Part shown: positions 1 to 7,165 of the stretch, in pieces
Numbering within the stretch: position 1 is the first letter of the stretch
How the letters are laid out: the number at the start of each line of letters is the position of its first letter
NCBI GenBank assembly: GCA_041651495.1
Contig: JBAZJC010000001.1
Span: 1-44,003 of the forward strand
DNA: 44,003 nt
Direction: 5' to 3'
DNA from: Candidatus Omnitrophota bacterium
Lineage (GTDB): Bacteria > Omnitrophota > Omnitrophia > Omnitrophales > Aquincolibacteriaceae
Position numbers and translations under genes: made by a program
Notes under the pieces: generated by a model
What the model was told of the DNA's origin: nothing
The model's input: the letters and a program-made list of their open reading frames with translations, nothing else
Database searches by the model: none

Positions 1-35
1 GAAGTCTGATATGCTTCCATCACCACAAAAAACTT

Positions 36-59
36 AGAAACCACTTCAAAGTGGTTTCT
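36..59 (+). terminator. Perfect 9-bp stem / 6-nt loop hairpin (AGAAACCAC-TTCAAA-GTGGTTTCT); possible terminator of an upstream off-window gene
   Basis: The inverted repeat was read directly. Only TT follows the stem, so this is not a canonical intrinsic terminator. Confidence 0.3.
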
Positions 60-70
60 TCAAACGGAGA

Positions 71-631
71 ATGGCGATCATGCGGCCTAAAATCAAGATT
101 ATCGTGAGCGTTTGCACCTTCTTGATCTTAATATTTTTTTTGGTTAGTTTCGGAAGCTATTTACACCAGAAGATAAGAATAAAAAATCATGCGACTGGAG
201 CAACTACCTCCATATTCACTGTCCAGATTAATCTCTCTCCGTTATTTGAATCACCACAAGGATGGGGACCCGGCTTTGCTTTGGCCAAAGGGGATGGCCC
301 AGGCGTTGTTGTCGGACCAGGCACAGAAAACCCCAATGTATTTGCACAATCGTTTCTGGCGAAGCCGTATCAACCGTTCAAGGTCATCGCAAGGGCCTTA
401 AGCGTGGTTGCGCCCAAGGCAAGAGGTCGTTTTCAAATTAATTGGACAGACTCACAGGATAAATTCATCTCGGTTTCCATCGAGTCATTTGAAGTAACCG
501 ATCAAGAAAAAAAATTTGAATTTTATGTGCACGCACCGAAGGGTGCGGTAGCTGGAACCTTATATGTGGTGGGAGATGGTTCCAAAGATGTGGTGCGTTA
601 TACTGAAATGAGATTGCTTGGAAAGATGTAG
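71..631 (+). CDS. Single-pass membrane-anchored protein carrying copy 1 of an unrecognised ~130-aa beta-rich module (putative glycan-binding)
   Basis: ORF of 186 aa with an N-terminal hydrophobic helix (IIVSVCTFLILIFFLVSFGSYL). The rest is paralogous to the N-termini of ORFs 697..1926 and 8706..9968. GGAGA at 66-70 fits the second in-frame ATG at 80 better than the ATG at 71. Confidence 0.8.
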   Translation: MAIMRPKIKIIVSVCTFLILIFFLVSFGSYLHQKIRIKNHATGATTSIFTVQINLSPLFESPQGWGPGFALAKGDGPGVVVGPGTENPNVFAQSFLAKPYQPFKVIARALSVVAPKARGRFQINWTDSQDKFISVSIESFEVTDQEKKFEFYVHAPKGAVAGTLYVVGDGSKDVVRYTEMRLLGKM

Positions 632-696
632 GACGAATCAAAAATCCAGTACGTTAATGGATGACTGTGATAATAGATCCCCAATAGGAGGAATTC

Positions 697-1926
697 ATGC
701 CATTGAATAAAACGCCGCTTGTGACAATTAATAAGTCGCCACTCTTTGATAAACCTGAGGGTTGGGGCTCTGGGTTTACGTTGGCCAAGGGGAAGGGCCC
801 CGGGGTTGTTGTAGGGCCCGGCTCTAATAACCCGAACGTCTTTGCTCAACGATTTTCAGCAAAACCGATGGAGCAATTCAAAATCGTGGCCCGGGCATCG
901 AGCGTGGGGAAACCTAAGGCAAGGGGACGTTTCCAAATTAACTGGGAAAGTTCGGGAAAATTTCTTTCTGCCTCCATCAAAGCTTTTGAAGTAACAGCGG
1001 AAGAAAAAATTTTTGAACACTATGTGATCGCTCCGCCCGGAACGGTGTCTGGAACGATCTATGTCGTGCCGGATAAGCCAAAAGATGTCGTGCGATATAC
1101 CGAGATGACATTGCTGTCCCACTCAGGCTCATCCGCCGAAATTGCGCCCGAACCCCCTCAAATTCCACGATTTCCTTCAAAACTGATACATTTGTCAGAT
1201 CCTGTGACTCGTTCACAATATGGAAATCTTTTTCGAGGATACGATGATGAAGTGACCTTTAAGGAGATGATTCTCGCCGTACAAGGTTATACGATGGTAA
1301 CATACGATGGTTTGTGCGGATTGCTTAGTATGGTTCGTTATTGTGAACGGGCGGGAATCCCTGGAGATTACGTTGAGGTGGGTGTATGGAAAGGTGGTTG
1401 TGCTGGATTAATGGCCCAAGGCTCCAAGTATTTTGGAAAATCACCACGAAAAATTCATGTCTTTGACTCATTTCAGGGACTTCCGCAGCCTATCGCCAGC
1501 AAGGATTTTGATGGTTATCTCGAACCGACTTTTGCTGTAACTGAGGCGACTGCCCAGGGTGTGCTACAACCTATAGGCATGTTAGTAGCCTCTGAAAATG
1601 ACGTCAGAAAACTATTGTTCGATAAGCTCCGATATCCCAAAAATCAGGTATCCATACACAAAGGTTGGTTCCAGGAAAGTATTCCTGCCGCGAATTCCAG
1701 CATTGAGAGTATCGCAATTCTCCGGCTTGACGGGGATCTGTACGATTCATACAGGATTGCCCTGGAGTATCTTTACCCTAAGGTTGTTAAGAACGGCTTT
1801 GTGATCATTGATGATTGGGTTTTTGGCGGTTGCCGGAAAGCTGTTATGGAGTATTTTGAGAAAAATGACTTTTCACCGTATTTGTGGACTCTGGATGGAA
1901 CAACCCGGTGTTTCCAAAAGTTATAA
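697..1926 (+). CDS. Two-domain protein: copy 2 of the unrecognised beta-rich module fused to a TylF/MycF-type SAM-dependent O-methyltransferase
   Basis: AGGAGG at 686-691 lies 5 nt before the ATG. The C-terminal half has TylF-family signatures (GDYVEVGVWKGG, LRLDGDLYDSY, IIDDW). The N-terminal ~130 aa aligns with ORF 71..631. Confidence 0.85.
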   Translation: MPLNKTPLVTINKSPLFDKPEGWGSGFTLAKGKGPGVVVGPGSNNPNVFAQRFSAKPMEQFKIVARASSVGKPKARGRFQINWESSGKFLSASIKAFEVTAEEKIFEHYVIAPPGTVSGTIYVVPDKPKDVVRYTEMTLLSHSGSSAEIAPEPPQIPRFPSKLIHLSDPVTRSQYGNLFRGYDDEVTFKEMILAVQGYTMVTYDGLCGLLSMVRYCERAGIPGDYVEVGVWKGGCAGLMAQGSKYFGKSPRKIHVFDSFQGLPQPIASKDFDGYLEPTFAVTEATAQGVLQPIGMLVASENDVRKLLFDKLRYPKNQVSIHKGWFQESIPAANSSIESIAILRLDGDLYDSYRIALEYLYPKVVKNGFVIIDDWVFGGCRKAVMEYFEKNDFSPYLWTLDGTTRCFQKL

Positions 1927-1961
1927 CTGAAAATAAATTTTGAATTCTGAGAAAGGAAATC

Positions 1962-2885
1962 ATGTTGCGATCGATTAAAGAACGCGTCAAAGAGTCTATC
2001 AAGACCTATCTTGAATCCCAGGAAAAGCAAGCCAAAGTTCTAGGCAACGAAATAGAAAAAGAGCTGAATCTCCTGGATGAAACAAATCAGAAGAAATCAA
2101 TAGTGGGTCAAGCCGTTAGATTTTGCCCAAGCCACATTCATTTGTCCGATCCGTATGTGAGAGAGAATTTTGGTGCTCTGTCGCGAGGGTACGATGAAGA
2201 AAATATTTATAAGGAATTCATCTCTTTGATTCGTGACTACACGATGGTCACTTACGATGGCCTGATCAGCCTGTGCGATATTGTGCGAAATTGCGAACAG
2301 AAGGGAATAACAGGGGACTTTGCTGAAGCGGGGGTGTGGAAGGGGGGAGCTACCGCGCTGATGTCTCTGGTTTCTTCGAAATTCGGCAATAAACCGAGAA
2401 TGATTCATGCTTTTGACTCCTTCATTGGATTACCCGAGCCGATTGGTGAAAAGGATTTTGATGTGCGCTATCTAAATATGGAAGAGACTTTTAAAATCTC
2501 TAAAGAAGAATCCAGGGGAAATCTCAGGCCCATTAACGCGTTGTGTGCTGAGAAGGAAACTTTTCGGAAGCTTCTTGTTGATAAGATAGGCCATCCAACT
2601 GACAAGTTGATGATTTATGAGGGATGGTTCCAGGATACAATACCAAAGGCGATTGACAAAATAGAAGAGTTAGCGATCTTGCGCTTAGACGGAGATTTAT
2701 ATGATTCCTATAGGATTTCTTTGGAGTATTTGTATCCAAAAGTAAAAACCGGCGGTTTTGTGATTATCGATGATTGGTGTATCGGCGGTTGCAGAAAAGC
2801 CATCCAGGAATATTTTGCCGCAAGGGGTGGGGTGCCCTTTATGTCGACCGTGGATATAACCGGCAGGTATTTTATCAAGCCCTAA
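1962..2885 (+). CDS. TylF/MycF-type SAM-dependent O-methyltransferase with a short charged, helical-looking N-terminus
   Basis: 307 aa with GDFAEAGVWKGG, LRLDGDLYDSY and IIDDW. It is a clear paralog of the C-terminal half of ORF 697..1926. Confidence 0.85.
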   Translation: MLRSIKERVKESIKTYLESQEKQAKVLGNEIEKELNLLDETNQKKSIVGQAVRFCPSHIHLSDPYVRENFGALSRGYDEENIYKEFISLIRDYTMVTYDGLISLCDIVRNCEQKGITGDFAEAGVWKGGATALMSLVSSKFGNKPRMIHAFDSFIGLPEPIGEKDFDVRYLNMEETFKISKEESRGNLRPINALCAEKETFRKLLVDKIGHPTDKLMIYEGWFQDTIPKAIDKIEELAILRLDGDLYDSYRISLEYLYPKVKTGGFVIIDDWCIGGCRKAIQEYFAARGGVPFMSTVDITGRYFIKP

Positions 2886-2952
2886 TGCAATTATTTTTGC
2901 TCAAGAAAAAACCAACCAGAGCGCATCTATTAATACAACCAAGGGAAACCTG

Positions 2953-4641
2953 ATGAACAGTTCCATTTTGCGATTGGCCCGTCAGAATCTACAACTAGCT
3001 TCCGCAACAAGCCGGAACGTTCCACTTCCTGACCCTGGATGGAGGTGGCATGCCTATAGGCAAAACGCCATGAAATGGGTAAATTATTTCAGAACCCCCA
3101 TTGAAGTAATACATGCCATTCAGTCCCCAAGAAGCGGTGTCGGATTTGAATGCAGAATGACCGGCCCAGCTCTTGTAAAACACACACGAAATATGGAAAA
3201 GATTTTATTACGCATTTTTCCTCGGTTGGGGAATGCTATAACGACATTTGCAGAAAGCGAACTCTCGAATCCGGACACGATCACCGTCCTGAATGATCGT
3301 CTGGTTAGCAGTCCGCTCTACAATCATATCACGCATGTGATGCGTTGCCTTTTGTTCGTGTCCCCTGCAATTGTTGCCGAAATTGGCGGAGGTTATGGAG
3401 CCCCGGCGCGTCTTTGGATGACGAACGGCCTGCATCGGCCCAAGTGCTACATCGATATCGACTTCCCCGAAAGCCTCTATTATGCAGAAACGTATCTTCG
3501 AGCGAATTTTTCCGAAGAAAGTTGCAAGATTGTTTATGCACACCGCGACACTGATATTGCAAAGGAGATTAGTGCGGGTGCTCGGATCATTTTGATGCCC
3601 ATCGCAAACATGGACGCCTCACTCGTTCTGCCTATCGATCTGCTGGTAAATACCGGCTCGTTACAGGAGATGAGTACCGAGTATGTCGACTTTTATATGA
3701 AATGGATTGATAAATCAAAAATCCAAAATTTTTATTCCTCAAATTATTTTGGCCAGCCTATTGAGGCGCTTATGGAGGGAATGAATTACGCTGCGCCTGT
3801 GATGCCCTCCGGTTGGAAGGCAAAGCTCAAAGCACTGCACGCCGATGCATCTAGACCCGTCGCGGAGATGTTCTTTGTGCGTGAAGACGGCACGGATTTC
3901 AGGGATTCCGTAACAAACAAAATACACGCCCTGCTAAAAGCTCCCGATCCAATAGCTCTGGGTGAGTTTCTTGAGCTGTTTGATTATTTGCGACATGTTG
4001 ATGATCGCCAACTTATAATCGAAACGATAAATAAAGCTCTAAAAATGAAATATGTTCCTAAAGAAGCTCTCTTTTTGGCGCGGTGTTTGTCGAATACGCC
4101 GAATGGCGGAAACAGCCAAGACAGGACCCAAATAGACGTCCTGAAAACTCTTGAAAAGATGGCGTCAAGTGGTATTGAAAAAATGGGAATCGTAGGTGCT
4201 ACCGCGAACAAGCTGAGAAGCGCACTCATCAAAGACGGGGCAGCTTCAGGCTTGCCGTTTGCGGAAGGACGTTTACGGGAGGAGACGGATGGAGCCACGG
4301 TCGAAATATCTTCTGCGGACCGTCAACTAAGAAACGGGACTTGGGGATCTGTTGAGCGGATGGAAAAGATCTCCAATCAAATCATCGCTTCCGGATGGGC
4401 CTCGGGGAAATCACCGGAAGATAAAGTTAACAACATTCACTTGTTTTTAGACGGTGGCCTTGTCGAGAGCGTCAGGCCGTCAATTATTAGAAAGGAATTC
4501 GGCTCCAAGGGAAAATTAGTCGGCTTCGAAATCAATGCCGTCTTGCCGGTAAACTCACTGGAATGGCGGTACGTTTTGTTGCTCGCCGAGTTTGAAGATG
4601 GTTCTGTCGGCTATTTGACAAATGGGGGAGAAATTCAATAG
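2953..4641 (+). CDS. Putative SAM-dependent (sugar O-)methyltransferase with a ~230-aa C-terminal extension of unknown function
   Basis: 562 aa with a glycine-rich motif I (VAEIGGGYGAP) at aa 141-150. From memory the overall look matches the TIGR04371-type putative sugar O-methyltransferases; this is unverified. The C-terminal ~110 aa are beta-rich (IIASGWASG...HLFLDGGLV...VGFEI). Confidence 0.6.
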   Translation: MNSSILRLARQNLQLASATSRNVPLPDPGWRWHAYRQNAMKWVNYFRTPIEVIHAIQSPRSGVGFECRMTGPALVKHTRNMEKILLRIFPRLGNAITTFAESELSNPDTITVLNDRLVSSPLYNHITHVMRCLLFVSPAIVAEIGGGYGAPARLWMTNGLHRPKCYIDIDFPESLYYAETYLRANFSEESCKIVYAHRDTDIAKEISAGARIILMPIANMDASLVLPIDLLVNTGSLQEMSTEYVDFYMKWIDKSKIQNFYSSNYFGQPIEALMEGMNYAAPVMPSGWKAKLKALHADASRPVAEMFFVREDGTDFRDSVTNKIHALLKAPDPIALGEFLELFDYLRHVDDRQLIIETINKALKMKYVPKEALFLARCLSNTPNGGNSQDRTQIDVLKTLEKMASSGIEKMGIVGATANKLRSALIKDGAASGLPFAEGRLREETDGATVEISSADRQLRNGTWGSVERMEKISNQIIASGWASGKSPEDKVNNIHLFLDGGLVESVRPSIIRKEFGSKGKLVGFEINAVLPVNSLEWRYVLLLAEFEDGSVGYLTNGGEIQ

Positions 4642-4678
4642 AACGGAACTCTTGCCGGAAATTCTGGCGGTGTAGGCT

Positions 4679-5959
4679 TTATCTATGCTTGCGCAAATAG
4701 TCCAAATCTGACTGAAACAGCTTCCGGGCGTATTGATAAATAATTAGATCGAAACGATTTATTTTGGCCAGTTCCTTTCTTTCATAATTCGACAAGATGG
4801 TGACATTGCGTTTACTGGAACCCGCATTAAGTCGTTTTATGGGTTTATCGGTCCAACCGAGTAAACTGCCAATCAAATCAACTGATTCGTTGTATCTCTC
4901 TGTCAAACCAATGAGGAAACGTTCCCTTAAATTTTCTATCGCTTCTTCGCAATGTCTCCTTTCCAAAGAACCGGGTGGAATTTGCCATAGCGCCCTGCGA
5001 TCATGGCCATCGAATGCATTTTTTGCCGGGAATTTCTGCATGGCGCTGCTACAAATAGGAACGCCTTTAGCAGAGATATCTTCGTAGCCGTTGACCGGAA
5101 TCAAGCGTCTTTCTTGTTCGAAGAATTTCAAAGCTACTACACCCCAACGAGCAGTCTGGGGTCCAGACAGAGCACGTATTCTCCAAAATCGGGCTTTCTC
5201 GCAGTCTGGGATCGAGTAAAAGTACATGCCGTGGCCCTGTTTCAGTGTGAGCAAGGCTGCCGTTCGAATATCGGCGGTAAAACAATCTTCGGAGTATTCC
5301 ACCGAGACTTTTTTCACACCGCCAATCGACGGATAACGTGTCGCCGAGTACGGGTTGTTCCACTGGCGCAGAGCGATCGTGCGTACTGCGGTGGGTTTGT
5401 CGCATTCTAGGCCCAGAAAAGAAGTGCGTTTGACAAAAGGGTTCGTTTCTCCAGACAACCAGAAAGTTGCCTCGGTAAATTCGCAGGAAATGAGAAAACG
5501 TGTCATGACATTGTCAAAATTTTCCGCAAATTGTAGCAATGTTTTGTTTTGACAATTTTCAGAAAAATAAGTGGGCGCATCTTGGCTTTCAGCGCTGAAA
5601 TAGTAGGACGAAAGAACCCGGTCCAAAGGTCCCCGAAGAAATGTCATGTAAGTGCATTCGCCAAACAGCTTATGAAGCCCTACCGGCATGTGTGCTGCAA
5701 CAACTTTGATTTTTTTTTGCTCATCAGCCGTCAAGCTGAGCAATGTCTTTAGGTTGCCTTCCACTCCTTGGTAGGGCATTACAACAGCATCTTTAGGATA
5801 GTTCCTCTTCAGGAGATCATAAACAGAGTGTCCGGCGGTCTTCGGAATATGAACAAAAAATAGTGGGCGATTCTTCCTGACCTTTTCCCAGAAATTCGCG
5901 GGCCGGCTCCTGTTGCGGAAAAAATAAGCTGCGGTTTTGGAGAGACAAGAATAAAGCAT
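4679..5959 (-). CDS. Sulfotransferase (Sulfotransfer_2-like) with a ~170-aa internal insertion
   Basis: 426 aa. The 5'-PSB motif is FFVHIPKTAGHSV and the 3'-PB-like motif is FLRGPLDRVLSSYY. The C-terminal part (ENLRERFLIGLTERYNESVDLIGSLLGW) is typical of the family. It is the only well-supported minus-strand gene in the window. Confidence 0.8.
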   Translation of the reverse strand: MLYSCLSKTAAYFFRNRSRPANFWEKVRKNRPLFFVHIPKTAGHSVYDLLKRNYPKDAVVMPYQGVEGNLKTLLSLTADEQKKIKVVAAHMPVGLHKLFGECTYMTFLRGPLDRVLSSYYFSAESQDAPTYFSENCQNKTLLQFAENFDNVMTRFLISCEFTEATFWLSGETNPFVKRTSFLGLECDKPTAVRTIALRQWNNPYSATRYPSIGGVKKVSVEYSEDCFTADIRTAALLTLKQGHGMYFYSIPDCEKARFWRIRALSGPQTARWGVVALKFFEQERRLIPVNGYEDISAKGVPICSSAMQKFPAKNAFDGHDRRALWQIPPGSLERRHCEEAIENLRERFLIGLTERYNESVDLIGSLLGWTDKPIKRLNAGSSKRNVTILSNYERKELAKINRFDLIIYQYARKLFQSDLDYLRKHR

Positions 5960-6262
5960 CGAATTTTCCTTAAGCTTTCCAACAATCTGGGCAAGATTTC
6001 ACGCCCATGAAGATCGTGTAAAACTTTTTATCTGAATTGTTTGACTGAATGATAACACATTTCTTTCCCAAAAAAAGGAGGATTAATGCTCGTTTGTGGC
6101 TGTTTAGTTTTACTCCGACCCTTTTGTTTTTTCATGGCAGGCCATCATTTTTTTTATGATACAATGCACGCTAATCTTCGAGTGTATGCATAAAAAATTG
6201 ACGGGAAAATCAAGGAAACTTTAGAAAACCGAAGTCGCTTCCTGTTTTCCTAAAACAATTTA

Positions 6263-7135
6263 GTGAAATGGAATCCCATGAGCAAAGTCATTCATACTAG
6301 CGATGCAGAAGCCTTTAAATGGCGCCAGCTTATGCCCTGGCGCATTTTCCAGGATCTCTTCAAGTATCGCAGTTTAATTGCAACCATGACAATCCGGGAT
6401 TTTAAAGCAACATATCAAGCCAGCTATCTCGGTTTGACCTGGCAGGTTCTCCTGCCGCTAATTATGCTCTCTATCTTCTATTTTGTTTTCGGACGAATTC
6501 TGGGGGGGAAATTTTTGCAGTCTGCCACCGAATCGCCGATTGATTATGCACTCGCCCTTTTTATTGGATTGGGTTTTTTTAACTTTCTAGCACAAAATAT
6601 CGGCTCTGCACCATCTCTTATCGGCTCTAACGCCACCTACGTCAAAACTCTTTCATTCCCGCTCGAGATCCTATCGGTGACTTCCGTACTGAACGCGCAG
6701 CTTACTCAGGTGATCGGCTTGGTTCTGTCGACGCTGGCGCTCCTTTTTGCCAAAGGAAGTCTGCCCTGGAGTATCATTTGCATTCCATTCTACGTTTTAT
6801 GCATTTTCTTAATTGCCATTGGCGTATCATGGGGACTTTCGGCATTGGCCGTTTTTTTCAGGGACATTGCTGGACTTGTTTCGCCAGTGACGCTTATGTT
6901 GATGTTTTTGTGTCCGATCTTTTACCCTATGAGCATGGTACCAAAGAAGCTACGGTGGGTTATAGAAATTAATCCCATAGCTATTATCATCGAAAATGCA
7001 CGCGGATGTTTTCTCTACGGAAGGTGGCCTAGTTTGATGTCTCTGGCAGTGATTCTTGGTTTTTCGTTATTTGTTTTTGTCGTTGGGCATTTTATTTTCA
7101 TGAAAACGAAGTCCGCTTTTGCGGATGTTATGTAG
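6263..7135 (+). CDS. wzm: ABC-2 type polysaccharide export permease (Wzm-like)
   Basis: 290 aa and multi-TM, with the N-terminal RDFKATYQASYLGLTWQVLLP motif typical of ABC-2 permeases. It lies directly upstream of the ATPase. The start is either GTG 6263 or the in-frame ATG 6278. Confidence 0.85.
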   Translation: MKWNPMSKVIHTSDAEAFKWRQLMPWRIFQDLFKYRSLIATMTIRDFKATYQASYLGLTWQVLLPLIMLSIFYFVFGRILGGKFLQSATESPIDYALALFIGLGFFNFLAQNIGSAPSLIGSNATYVKTLSFPLEILSVTSVLNAQLTQVIGLVLSTLALLFAKGSLPWSIICIPFYVLCIFLIAIGVSWGLSALAVFFRDIAGLVSPVTLMLMFLCPIFYPMSMVPKKLRWVIEINPIAIIIENARGCFLYGRWPSLMSLAVILGFSLFVFVVGHFIFMKTKSAFADVM

Positions 7136-7165
7136 ATTATGTTTCTTACTTTCCAGGAATTTTAA

